Shown here: one piece after another, positions 1 to 9,937 of the stretch
Layout of the letters: each line of letters starts with the position of its first letter
Numbering within the stretch: the stretch's first letter is position 1
Origin: a virus
Taxonomy: Duplodnaviria > Caudoviricetes
Length of the DNA: 28,302 bases
Strand: one strand, 5' to 3'
Virus record (IMG/VR): IMGVR_UViG_3300044724_011066
Location: 1 to 28,302 of that record
Program-made: the position numbers and the translations under genes
Notes under the pieces: model-generated
What the model saw: only the letters and a program-made list of their open reading frames with translations
Told to the model about the DNA's origin: nothing
The model's database searches: none

Positions 1-572
1 CCAGGAACAAACTCGTCTTTTTTGAGCCAGAACTCAACCGTGGCGCCTTTTGTGTCTAGGTTTAGCGCTAAGTTTGAGTTTCTTTGCTTAGACGGGTCAT
101 AAATGTTGCCGCCGGCGTATGTGTTACGGGGGCCAGTGTTTGGACCACCTTCGATAGAGATATATTCTAAGGTTGCTGGAAGGCCATATCCATCCGCTGT
201 TGATGTTTGTGTGCCCCAACCATCTGCGGAAAAGATACCATAGCCATTAGACCTGGGATATTCATTCTCAAAAACGTATAAGTCAAAGTAAGTTGAGTCA
301 TTGTACCATTCGGTCAACTCTTTTTTAGAACCATCATAAGGATAATTATTAATGACTCGGGCAATTGCGTCTTGATAATACTGCTTAGCTAGACCGTAAA
401 AAGCAAAGTTTTCCGGCTTGGAAAAATCGATTTCCGGTATAAATCTCGCTCTTTGTTCTGCTAGCTCATCAAGATACTCAAACGACTCAAAGTCTATTCC
501 TTCCTTGTTTTTTAGGTCGGTTAATGAGTTATTCGAAAAAGAATTGTTTTCAAAATACTTTTTTATTGTCAT
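1..572 (-). CDS. Large virion structural protein, N-terminal part only (runs off the left edge); probable start of a LamG/ConA-like domain
   Basis: Not in the ORF track; translated by hand. ATG at 572 overlaps the upstream stop (TAATG) and the frame is open to base 1: MTIKKYFENNSF...RFIPEIDFSKPENFAFYGLAKQYYQDAIARVINNYPYDGSKKE...KGATVEFWLKKDEFVP. 'TVEFWLK' resembles the first strand of LamG-like domains. Confidence 0.7.
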   Translation of the reverse strand, partial: MTIKKYFENNSFSNNSLTDLKNKEGIDFESFEYLDELAEQRARFIPEIDFSKPENFAFYGLAKQYYQDAIARVINNYPYDGSKKELTEWYNDSTYFDLYVFENEYPRSNGYGIFSADGWGTQTSTADGYGLPATLEYISIEGGPNTGPRNTYAGGNIYDPSKQRNSNLALNLDTKGATVEFWLKKDEFVP

Positions 573-1993
573 TATTCGTCTACTCTAAACTTAAAGCCAG
601 TTGGGTATTCATTATAAATAGTTCCTTCTTTAATAATGAACTTGAATTCATACAGGTACCCCGCTTCTAAGCTAGAGAAGTCAAAATCGAAATAAGAGCC
701 TTGTTTATCGTAAGACAAAAGAGTGTGTTCTACTGAACCTGTGCCATACTGTACAACATCAGCATTATCAACCTTTCTTACTACTTTGTAGTAGATGTTG
801 TCGACAAAATAGTTTTCTATTGCTGTGCTCGCTACTGTATAAACAGTTGGGGACCAGTTGCGTTTTCTAGTAAAGAGCCTTACCCTTGTGTCTATTCCTG
901 TTCGACTATAAATGTCTTGTAAATTTGTGATAGAAAGAATTAAAGGTTCTATTTTATTATCTTCTTGCGCATTGTAAGTCTTTAGCTCTATTGTGCCTGT
1001 GTGGAAACAAGTTGAGTAATCTGCGTTAAACCATCGATCATACACTGTTGATGAAGTTGTGTTCAGATCAAACGAGCAAGAGTAAAGACCAGTATCAGCA
1101 TAGCCGCCAGTCACTGGATAGCTAACAGATACTGCTGAGTTTAGTTCTGTGCCGCCTGACTCAGCATCAAAGATCTTTACATAAATCGGGCCGGTTCCTA
1201 TTGCTGGGATGTTTTTTGCGATACCACGAAAGTTATTATAAAGATAAACAGTATGAAGATTTTCTGTTGATAGCATTGAGGATGAAACATAAAAGTCTCC
1301 TCTTTGGTCCTTCACAGAAGAGTCCCAGCGAGCTTCTATTGTTGGGCGTTTAAAGAAAAACTCCGATGATCTTGCAAAGAACTTTTTCGTGTAATAAGAG
1401 TCAGAGTCGGTTTCCAAAGAACCTGAGAGCCTTACAATAACTCCATAGTTCGCTTGGGTGCCATCAATCCAATCCTCTACAAGGTCTGAAATATCAACTG
1501 ATAAATCCTCGGTTCCTTCTGTTAGGCGATAAGTTTTGTTGTAAGTAGCTGAATCAAGAAAATCGCCACCTGCTGTTGTCCAGCCGGTAGTGGTGGAAGC
1601 AGAAACCCAGTTTGATACGCCTAGATCTTTGTATTCGTCCATATCCATTCCACGGCCTTCGTCCCACGATCTAGAAACAGCTTGGACTATCAGATCGACG
1701 TTTCTTGGTGTCGTGAATGGGGTTTTAGCATTGAATAAGTTGAGATAAAATGAAACGGAACCAGAGGCAGGAATCTGGCCGCTGGTCCTTGCTGTGTTTA
1801 TTTCTGCGGTGTCAAACTCAAACAAGGCACGGCTTTGTTCTATCGATGAGGTTGTTATGCTGCCATAAATCTTAAAGATCTCAACAGAGTCTGCTAAGCC
1901 CATGTTAGAACCGGTTGCCCTTGTTACGCCACCAAACTTTGAGGCGTTTGTTATTGTATTATCTTTATTTGCAAAAAACTTCTTATAAGCCAT
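572..1993 (-). CDS. Virion/baseplate-associated protein with N-terminal DNRLRE (disaggregatase-related/CBM96-like) domain
   Basis: 473 aa. Motifs SRALFEFD, VSRSWDEG, W-x7-WTTAGGDF, VDISDLVEDWIDG-x3-NYG and RPTIEARW follow the DNRLRE-like pattern. Directly downstream of the gp6-like gene with a TAATG overlap. Confidence 0.6.
   Translation of the reverse strand: MAYKKFFANKDNTITNASKFGGVTRATGSNMGLADSVEIFKIYGSITTSSIEQSRALFEFDTAEINTARTSGQIPASGSVSFYLNLFNAKTPFTTPRNVDLIVQAVSRSWDEGRGMDMDEYKDLGVSNWVSASTTTGWTTAGGDFLDSATYNKTYRLTEGTEDLSVDISDLVEDWIDGTQANYGVIVRLSGSLETDSDSYYTKKFFARSSEFFFKRPTIEARWDSSVKDQRGDFYVSSSMLSTENLHTVYLYNNFRGIAKNIPAIGTGPIYVKIFDAESGGTELNSAVSVSYPVTGGYADTGLYSCSFDLNTTSSTVYDRWFNADYSTCFHTGTIELKTYNAQEDNKIEPLILSITNLQDIYSRTGIDTRVRLFTRKRNWSPTVYTVASTAIENYFVDNIYYKVVRKVDNADVVQYGTGSVEHTLLSYDKQGSYFDFDFSSLEAGYLYEFKFIIKEGTIYNEYPTGFKFRVDE
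614..625 (-). promoter_or_regulatory. Candidate phage late promoter motif GGAACTATTTAT
   Basis: Identical 12-mer to 13660-13671; lies 41 nt upstream of the ATG at 572. Confidence 0.45.
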
Positions 1994-3807
1994 TATCTTA
2001 TTTCTCCATCAATATCTGCAAATGGAAGCTTAACTTCCCAAATAACATTTTTTGGTATAAAGATCTTCCTACCATCAGATGAATAATTGCCCAATATATC
2101 ATAGTTTAAATTTGAATAATTGACACCAGTTTTTAAATTAATATTTAACTCTATAACATCGTTAATTCCTGTTGCTTCATTTACAACGTTAATTAGTTTT
2201 TGTACTAATATTGCTTCTCCAATTGAGTTTGGATTAAGCCTAAAATAATCTCTTAAAGCTTTTTTTGCAGCTGACATAACAATTGCCTTATCGGAACCGG
2301 CTTCTGCTACGGCCTTAAAGGATATTGCAATGTTCAAAATCTTGGCATCAAATATGTCGACAGAATCGCTCATAATTTTAGAATTTGATATCCAATTTTT
2401 TAGATTTTGCTTAAGGGTGCTTGTTGCTGTAGTTAGCTTTCCATCCCGATCCTCAGCCAGGACATAAAGATCGATATTGGCGGCGGCACTAGCATCATCC
2501 TGGTATGCAACCACTCTTTTAATAGATCCAAAGCTTGATGGCATGTTATAAGCTGTGTTTTCATAATCTTTAGCAGTAACTGCTCTGTTTTGAGAAAAGA
2601 AAGAATTTGAGGCTAAGATCTTAATCTCATCAACAGTCATTCTAGATGTATCACCAACAATCTGCTCTTCGTTCTCAACCTCAAGTGTTGCCCGGACGCT
2701 GTCTATTATTGACCGATCGGTTGCGGCGTTGCTAAAGGTAAATGATGGGCCTTCGACAGATCGTAGACTGCCTACCGGTAAATTAACATTTGCATTGTTA
2801 TTTTGTCGGCACACAATTGTTATTCTTGTGTTAGAGGGAGCAATACCAAACTTACCAGATTTTAAAATAACATTTGGATCGAAAGAAGAGTCGGAAACAT
2901 AATTTTTTCCAAACATATCAATCGTTGTTTTTTCCGGAACGACGTTTAAACCTGCTGATTCTATATCTTCTTCTGAGCCATATCCAAATTGAATTATTTG
3001 CCTATCTGATTCTTTCTCTAATACAAACCTTCTTGGGACAGCCTTTGGTTGAAGGACAGATTTAACGTATTCTCTATCATCTCCATTGTTTGGGACATGT
3101 CTATAAATAACGTCTTGAGCTAGGTTCGGTACCTGGTAGTACTCATTTCCTTGTGAATCTCTTAGAGAAATAACTTCAACAATACTATTATCGTTTAAAA
3201 TAATTTTTTGAAATGGCTTATAATCTGTAATTGTTTTAGTTACAACTTTTAGCTTACCAGAAATAACTCGTCCAAATGCTTTTATAGCAAATTGAGATGG
3301 GCGGCCCGTAACTGAGTCCCTGGATGCTATAACGATTTCGTTAGTCGAATCTGCAAAATTCACATCTGTTGTCAATATAAAATTTAAACCATTAGTTGCG
3401 CCAATTGATGAACCTCTTTTAAGTATTGGAGCATAATCTAAGTTTGGTGAAGCGCCGCCCTCAAAGCCAACTGAAGTAAGTGCTGGGACTAATATATAGA
3501 ACGAAGCGATTCCCGTAGAAGTCTTATTAGGGGTGTAGTTAAATCCATTTTGTTTAGCTATTTTAACAATATTATTGAATTCGCTAGCGGTACTTAAAAA
3601 CGTTTCATTAACTTGATAATCTAGATAAAACGAAAGAATGTCTCCAACATAAGCTGTTGTATCTAAAAACAACGATCCAAAGCCAGACTCTTGAAAGTCC
3701 TTAAATGTATCAGGATAATATCTTTTTGAAAAGTTAATTAAATCTTTTTTAATACTATCAAAGTCTCTTGAGGTGTAATCTATAGGTGGCTTTGTTACTT
3801 TTGCCAT
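1993..3807 (-). CDS. Baseplate wedge protein (T4 gp6 / baseplate J-like)
   Basis: 604 aa. N-terminus IDYTSRDFDSIKKDLINF..YYPDTFKDF..SG.G.LFLD..AYVGDILSFYLDYQVNETFL.TA, plus IQFGYG and QNRAVTAKDYE motifs typical of gp6-like wedges; adjacent to the gp25-like gene. Confidence 0.9.
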   Translation of the reverse strand: MAKVTKPPIDYTSRDFDSIKKDLINFSKRYYPDTFKDFQESGFGSLFLDTTAYVGDILSFYLDYQVNETFLSTASEFNNIVKIAKQNGFNYTPNKTSTGIASFYILVPALTSVGFEGGASPNLDYAPILKRGSSIGATNGLNFILTTDVNFADSTNEIVIASRDSVTGRPSQFAIKAFGRVISGKLKVVTKTITDYKPFQKIILNDNSIVEVISLRDSQGNEYYQVPNLAQDVIYRHVPNNGDDREYVKSVLQPKAVPRRFVLEKESDRQIIQFGYGSEEDIESAGLNVVPEKTTIDMFGKNYVSDSSFDPNVILKSGKFGIAPSNTRITIVCRQNNNANVNLPVGSLRSVEGPSFTFSNAATDRSIIDSVRATLEVENEEQIVGDTSRMTVDEIKILASNSFFSQNRAVTAKDYENTAYNMPSSFGSIKRVVAYQDDASAAANIDLYVLAEDRDGKLTTATSTLKQNLKNWISNSKIMSDSVDIFDAKILNIAISFKAVAEAGSDKAIVMSAAKKALRDYFRLNPNSIGEAILVQKLINVVNEATGINDVIELNINLKTGVNYSNLNYDILGNYSSDGRKIFIPKNVIWEVKLPFADIDGEIR

Positions 3808-3813
3808 TGTTTT

Positions 3814-4362
3814 TTACCTTTGTACATTAGGATACTGAAATTCAATTGCTTTTTGAATTTGAGGAATAAATAAGTCAATCTTAACTTTCTTAATATATAA
3901 TCTATTTTTATAGCTTTCTTTTAGTTCGGAAAAGGATATGTTAGTGATTTGAACATAAGGCAAATACGTCTTTACTTGGGATTTTATGCGGCCATTTAAG
4001 CCGGAAATTTCTTGGCCAGCACCTAGATCTTGTTGAAATAAAAACCTTCTTAAACCAACGCCAAAGTTTATATCCATTACTCGCTCGCCAGGACTAGTCA
4101 GCATCAAATTTTTAAAATTCTGCGCAACCAACCTTTCGTAGCCTCTTATCATTGTTAGCTTATCTGACGTTTGGTTTTCTTCTGACATTCTCATTGGTAA
4201 ATCGACAGTCAAAGTGGGAAAAAAAGCTAATCTAACATCGTCTGACGGAATAAAGGAATCAATATCAGTCAGGGCGTTGGCATCGCTATTGCTAGAAACA
4301 ACTTCTTCATTTTGAAATATGTCAAAATCTATGTTTTGTGTATTTTTATTGTATTGTGGCAC
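3814..4362 (-). CDS. Baseplate wedge subunit, GPW/gp25 family
   Basis: QNFKNLMLTSPGERVMDINFGVGLRRFLF..IKSQVKTYLPYVQI is the gp25 signature; carries an N-terminal extension of roughly 50-70 aa. Confidence 0.88.
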   Translation of the reverse strand: MPQYNKNTQNIDFDIFQNEEVVSSNSDANALTDIDSFIPSDDVRLAFFPTLTVDLPMRMSEENQTSDKLTMIRGYERLVAQNFKNLMLTSPGERVMDINFGVGLRRFLFQQDLGAGQEISGLNGRIKSQVKTYLPYVQITNISFSELKESYKNRLYIKKVKIDLFIPQIQKAIEFQYPNVQR

Positions 4363-7300
4363 TTCTTAGCGTTCCTTTGATATTGTCGGCTATTGAATCA
4401 ACAAAATGGTTGAGTTCTTTAGTCAATTCACCACGAGCCTCTTTAAAGTCTTTTTCTTTTTTATCTCTTTCTTTGAACTCTTCACTGAAGTAAATAGTTC
4501 TAGCATTAAATATATTTGATAAAGAAACATAAGACAATAATTCTATTAAACTTACATTTTTAGAAATCTGTTCTTTTACAAAGTTAATATTCGAATCTTT
4601 TGACATAAACTTGCTAGCAAACTCTTTATGAAGGTCGTCAGTTATATCGCCAATTTTTATTACTTCACCATCAACAGTTTTGGTTCCACATTCTATTATC
4701 ATCGATGTATCAGAACTGCCTATAGGACCCTCGGAATCTAGCAATTTTGGAATAAATAGTTGTTTGTGATGAGCCAGCCTTACAAAAGAAACGTTTTTTG
4801 CTGTCGACTCATCGCTTTCTTTTATTATAAACAGCTTATTTGCTGTATCTTTATACAGACTATTCTCTTGGATTTGTTCAAAATCCAAAGAATTTATTTT
4901 ATAAGTAGCAAAATATTCTGTTGTTAAGTAAAATTCAAAATTTTCATTTAAAAGCCGGTTAAAAGCAGAGTCTAGATCGGTGCCCATGTCTTCTTCAGAA
5001 ACAAAACCACTTTCTAAGTAAGAATCTAAGATCTTATAGATAAAGCAAGAATCTTGTTTCTTAAAAACATCTTCGGGTCTTAAATTAATTGGGGCGCCAT
5101 CTAAAAACTCCCTAGCAACGTTGGTACTATTTAAATATGATTTATCACCACCAGAGAACCTAGCTACATTTGAATCGCTTTTTATCTTAACTTGTATATA
5201 GCTAGTGTTTGTGATTATTGGATCTCTATCTTCAGTGCTGCTAATAGAGCTATATAAATCCGGATCAAACAGAGTAGTTAACGACGTAAAAGTGGATAAT
5301 ATATTTGGTATTTTAAACGAATTCAAACTTTTATTTAAACTATAAGATACGTTGCTTTTTTGTTTAAACTCCTCTTCAGGTAAAAGAGTGTTAAAGAACC
5401 TATTAATGTTATTAACGGCTTCATAAACATAATCTGACATCGCATCAGAAGGAAGGCTCATTCTCCCAAAGTTTTGATCAAAATTGACTTTTTTAAATTT
5501 TGTTATTTCATATAAGATATACTCTAGAGCATCGACACCTACAAACGCATCGGGCGCAGCTCCGGGCACAACAATGGAAACTGTATCAAATTTCTTATTT
5601 AGTTCTTGTCGAACATATGACTCTAGAGTGCCTCCATAATAATTTAAAACAAGATCGTTGTTCATAAAGGGCAGTTTTTCAGAAATAAATTCTTCGAAGC
5701 CTCTGTTCTCTGCAGACACCAAAAGCTCAGGATTGGATAAAATTACCAGGGGCGCAAAGTTTTTTAGCAATATTGAAGTTATTAAATATTTGATACTCTC
5801 TTCCATAAACAAAAGCTCTAAATCAGTAAAGGTCAATAAAGATTTTGAATATTCGCTTCGGCCTTCAATAAACCTTTTATAAGTTTCTTCTTGCTTGTAG
5901 CTTCCATTTAAGTATTCATTGCTAGCTAGATCATATAACGCATTAGGGTATACCGGTATTCTCTTAAGTTGTTCTTCGTTGGAATTTGCACAAGCTTTGT
6001 TTATAAGCTTGAATAAAGATCTTCTAGAAAGAAATCCGTATGGGCTAGCCTCCTCCCCGGTCGTGGTGTCAATAATCGAGGCAGCAGGCCGGATAATATA
6101 AAGTTTTCCTTTTTCGTTCTCACCAAGTTCCGACCCTGCTTCGAAGGCAACCGCCGCCTCAAGGAACGGCTTTGTTCCGGCAGTTTCAACATAAACAAAA
6201 TCTGTCTTGAGCCAACCGGGTAGGGCGCCCATATAAGCCTCATCTTGTCCAAATTCATCTAATTTATCAATTTTTACAATTGCGTTCTTTCCGGCGGCGG
6301 TACCGTAATTTGGGGGTGCGAACTCTCCATCGATGAAGTTGCTTTTATATATTTGGCTTACAATCGAAGAGTACGCTTCAGTCGGGGCGGCAACCCTTCT
6401 ACTTCTGTTTGCTTCAATTATCGTATCGATGCTACTAGCAATTTTATTGTAATAGTAGTCTGATATTGCTCCTTCGGCCGGTGTGGATGGGTTGGTCGCT
6501 AATTGGAGAGTTAATTTTTGGTTTTCTCTAGTGTATAAAGAATATGGGTCGGCCCCAGCTGGAAGCTCAAATCCATTGCTGTATTTTAATATATTAATTT
6601 TTTGAAAATCGATACTTGATTTAAGTGTGTTTTTTTCTAAATACAAATAAGGCTTAAACTTATCGCTGTTAATAAGATCAGCGCCATCTTCATCATTTAT
6701 TTCGCCATTTACAGTTTCATAAATGTTTGGTAGCGGGTCGTCGGGGTCGTCGCCCAGTCCGATTAGGGAAAACAAGCCGGCGCTTTTCTTTTCTTCTTCA
6801 TAATTAACAACTCTATTTTTCAAGCCCCTGTAAAAGAAACTAAAGTTGTTTGAAAGGTTGTTAAAGTTGTTTTTTAAAACTAATTTGTTAATTTCGCCAA
6901 TCTCACCTTGATCTCGGCCGAGGGCAAAAGAAGGAACATCTTTAAATGTTGGAAGTTCTGCTTTTGGATCTTCTTTTAAAAGTGTTGGTATTACTGCGGA
7001 CGGATGCATCATGTTTGGCATGTTCCTTTCAATCATTGAAGCTATCCCATCTTCATCTGTCAGTATACCAATAAAGTCTTCAACATCAGAGCGCTCAAGC
7101 CTTCTGTTATTGTCTAATATATCTTGCAGCTCCTGTCTTAGTGCCGGCGCATCTGGCCGTATATCATTCTGATCAAAGTAGTTCTCAATATCCGGATCTG
7201 AACAAAGATCAAAAACATTGTCTTGAGGAAAACTAGGTTGAAAGTTTATAAGCGCATCTTCTATTCTATCAACATTAATTATATCGCCAACTAAGCCACC

Positions 7301-9937
7301 TAGTTCATTAAGTGCTTCGTCGTTTCTAGCTATGAAGTTTAAAAGCGCAGGGCTTTCTTCAGCTAGGTAGAAAGATATTCTGTATTGTGCCTCTTCTGTT
7401 GTCTGGCCTTGAAGGAAATCAAACAAGTCAAAACCATTCAACAAGCCGTTAACGCAAGCCTCAAGTAGATCTAAAAATTCAATGTTTATTTGAATTCTGT
7501 CTTCAGGGCTAGGTATAGATTGAAATAAATTCGCTTGTTCAATTGCGCTAGTAAATTGCTCTCTTTGGCCTCCAATTGATCTATTGACAAACCTAGGTAC
7601 TTGCTCCTCTATGTCTCTAAGGCTCGTGCCTTCTGGTATTGAGTTTATATCAAAGTCCATTGCACCAGGAGGGACAGATGAGACAGCCCTGCTAATTGAT
7701 CTAGAAACCAAATTAATTGTAACGTTAAAAAATGATCTTATGACTGTTCTCGTTACAAACGAAAGCAAATCTGGTATTTCTATTTGCGGAAAACCAATTC
7801 GAATTGGTAAAACTTTTGGAGAATTGAACGAAGCGTTTGGAATAGAGGGCTTTATAAGGGCAGCGCCACCTCCAACACTTGGCAAATTAACATTAAAACT
7901 AGGAAATTTTCTTAAATCCCAGGCGTTTGTCCAGTCTGGGAAGTTGTTAATATGGCCAAGTACAATATCAGCTTCGGGGAACCCTTCAAGTATGCACGCT
8001 AAAGAGTCAGCAATAATATCAGATAGCCGATCTGGCATTCTGGCGGCCATTTCAATTATTATGTTAGCTAAATTGTTTCTTCTTTCCTCGTCAGTAATTC
8101 CTATAGCCGGATTTAAATTAGCATAAAAAGAAAATATTAATTGATAAAAACCTAAGCCTGAAAATTTGTATTGTGTAAAACCTTCCCTGTCAGCTGATAC
8201 TAAAGGAATTTCTTCCTCGTCTGCTTCAATTCCAAATTGAAATATCTTATCGGTGCTTAGTACCCCGGCTTCCGCAGAGATGAAAAAGTCTGATGTGTTA
8301 ATTGCTTCAAGGCTTGATAACGAAACGGCTTCAATCCGAGCGCCGGCGGCGGCTGTGGAGCTTAACTCTGGGCTGAAGAGTTCGTTTAATAAGTTACCAA
8401 AATAGTTTTCATCATCTGGATTGAAGCTATATCCTTCTATCTCTGGTATTATCTGAATGCATTTAAAACTTAAATCTAATATTGATTCTAAGCTTAGCTC
8501 TAAAAGTATTTTTTTATAAAAATCTAAATTTGCAAACTTTTTTGACACTGATTTGATCAAAGCCTTTCTGATAAAGCTTTCATCGATTAAAATATCTTGT
8601 GGAATTTTAGATTTTAAATTTTGAATTGCTACTGCTATTAAGGAAGAGAAGTCAAATTGTTGCAACTCTCCAAATACATTATTAATTTCAAATTTAATAT
8701 CATTAAGATTAGAGCTGCTTAGATTCAAACTGGAAAACAAGTCTTGAATCTCTTTGGCTAAGTTTATACTACTATCTAAATTTAAATTATTTAACTGGCC
8801 AGCTAGTTGTTGTTTTAGTTGCGGATTGCCCAACGCTGCCCTTTCAGCTCTAAGCGTTTCCGGCGTCTTTACCGGGCCTATGTTGTTAATTTGATTAATT
8901 AGCTCATTTGAACTGTTCTGTAGGATTTCTCTAACATCTCTCAAGGGCGGTAATTGAGCAGAAACTGGATTTTCCTCTATTGTTACTGTAGGGCCTAAAA
9001 ACAAACTAGCTAGCTCTAGAAAATCATCATTCCCAGAAAAGGCAGCTGCTGATAAGTTGTCAAAAACATTATTTAAATTAAAAATAATAAAATTTAAATT
9101 TTGTTTATTTAGATTATCGTAGAGATGTGAAAAACCTGCAGGTTGTTCAAAGATTGTGCGCCCTTCTATTGTTGATGCTAGCAGGGATGCAGTTGGGCCT
9201 TCAACGCTTTTTTCTAAATCAATCTTTACTACATGAAACTCATCAGAAAAATAAATACTTACTTGCTCGCCTGGTTGTGGATTAGCGCTGACTACAATCG
9301 AATCAATTGCACTAAGTGTTTTAGATAAAGATCTTCTTTTGCCTATTCTGGTAAAGTTTATGCCTTTTACTACATATTTTCCAGCTGGATTTTGAATAAA
9401 ACGGCCACTGATTTTAAAGAAGTTTTCTATGAACCTTACTCTTTCTCTTACGGTGTTAAAATTGTTAAATTTAACGTTATAGTTGTAAGGAATTGAATTT
9501 TCTTTTTTTTGTCGAGCACTTGGAAGATACGGATTAACTAAAGGGTCTTCTGACTTAATGTCAGCCGATGTGTCTTCTATTGTCGGTACTGGTATAAAAT
9601 AAACTTTTTGAAAGAAAAATGTATTCGTGGTGCCGTCGACGCCTTCTTGAATAAAAAACCTTTCTAGTGGAACACTTTTACCCTCAACCTGTTCTGTACC
9701 CTCTATTAACTTGCTTCTTACCGAGTTGATGTTTTCTTGAGCTATGTCATTATATACAAACACAGACAAAGAAAGTAAAGATTTTTCATATACTTTTGTT
9801 TTTAAATTTTCTAAATTATTTAGCTCCGAGGCTTGTTCAAAAGCCTCAGAAAGAATAGCAATATACTTTCTCTCTATTCCATTTTCGTAGGCTGAATGAG
9901 TCTGGGGGTTTCCAGGTATAAGTTCTTTTAAAAGCAT
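4346..9937 (-). CDS. Very large hypothetical protein, probably virion-associated
   Basis: 1863-aa uninterrupted ORF between the spike-like and gp25-like genes; no motif recognised. Confidence 0.6.
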   Translation of the reverse strand: MLLKELIPGNPQTHSAYENGIERKYIAILSEAFEQASELNNLENLKTKVYEKSLLSLSVFVYNDIAQENINSVRSKLIEGTEQVEGKSVPLERFFIQEGVDGTTNTFFFQKVYFIPVPTIEDTSADIKSEDPLVNPYLPSARQKKENSIPYNYNVKFNNFNTVRERVRFIENFFKISGRFIQNPAGKYVVKGINFTRIGKRRSLSKTLSAIDSIVVSANPQPGEQVSIYFSDEFHVVKIDLEKSVEGPTASLLASTIEGRTIFEQPAGFSHLYDNLNKQNLNFIIFNLNNVFDNLSAAAFSGNDDFLELASLFLGPTVTIEENPVSAQLPPLRDVREILQNSSNELINQINNIGPVKTPETLRAERAALGNPQLKQQLAGQLNNLNLDSSINLAKEIQDLFSSLNLSSSNLNDIKFEINNVFGELQQFDFSSLIAVAIQNLKSKIPQDILIDESFIRKALIKSVSKKFANLDFYKKILLELSLESILDLSFKCIQIIPEIEGYSFNPDDENYFGNLLNELFSPELSSTAAAGARIEAVSLSSLEAINTSDFFISAEAGVLSTDKIFQFGIEADEEEIPLVSADREGFTQYKFSGLGFYQLIFSFYANLNPAIGITDEERRNNLANIIIEMAARMPDRLSDIIADSLACILEGFPEADIVLGHINNFPDWTNAWDLRKFPSFNVNLPSVGGGAALIKPSIPNASFNSPKVLPIRIGFPQIEIPDLLSFVTRTVIRSFFNVTINLVSRSISRAVSSVPPGAMDFDINSIPEGTSLRDIEEQVPRFVNRSIGGQREQFTSAIEQANLFQSIPSPEDRIQINIEFLDLLEACVNGLLNGFDLFDFLQGQTTEEAQYRISFYLAEESPALLNFIARNDEALNELGGLVGDIINVDRIEDALINFQPSFPQDNVFDLCSDPDIENYFDQNDIRPDAPALRQELQDILDNNRRLERSDVEDFIGILTDEDGIASMIERNMPNMMHPSAVIPTLLKEDPKAELPTFKDVPSFALGRDQGEIGEINKLVLKNNFNNLSNNFSFFYRGLKNRVVNYEEEKKSAGLFSLIGLGDDPDDPLPNIYETVNGEINDEDGADLINSDKFKPYLYLEKNTLKSSIDFQKINILKYSNGFELPAGADPYSLYTRENQKLTLQLATNPSTPAEGAISDYYYNKIASSIDTIIEANRSRRVAAPTEAYSSIVSQIYKSNFIDGEFAPPNYGTAAGKNAIVKIDKLDEFGQDEAYMGALPGWLKTDFVYVETAGTKPFLEAAVAFEAGSELGENEKGKLYIIRPAASIIDTTTGEEASPYGFLSRRSLFKLINKACANSNEEQLKRIPVYPNALYDLASNEYLNGSYKQEETYKRFIEGRSEYSKSLLTFTDLELLFMEESIKYLITSILLKNFAPLVILSNPELLVSAENRGFEEFISEKLPFMNNDLVLNYYGGTLESYVRQELNKKFDTVSIVVPGAAPDAFVGVDALEYILYEITKFKKVNFDQNFGRMSLPSDAMSDYVYEAVNNINRFFNTLLPEEEFKQKSNVSYSLNKSLNSFKIPNILSTFTSLTTLFDPDLYSSISSTEDRDPIITNTSYIQVKIKSDSNVARFSGGDKSYLNSTNVAREFLDGAPINLRPEDVFKKQDSCFIYKILDSYLESGFVSEEDMGTDLDSAFNRLLNENFEFYLTTEYFATYKINSLDFEQIQENSLYKDTANKLFIIKESDESTAKNVSFVRLAHHKQLFIPKLLDSEGPIGSSDTSMIIECGTKTVDGEVIKIGDITDDLHKEFASKFMSKDSNINFVKEQISKNVSLIELLSYVSLSNIFNARTIYFSEEFKERDKKEKDFKEARGELTKELNHFVDSIADNIKGTLRSATIQ

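Noticed and set aside
7584-8126. 180-aa plus-strand ORF antisense to the 1863-aa gene
   Set aside because: Entirely nested antisense, TTG start, no motif; typical shadow ORF in a window where all credible genes are on the minus strand.
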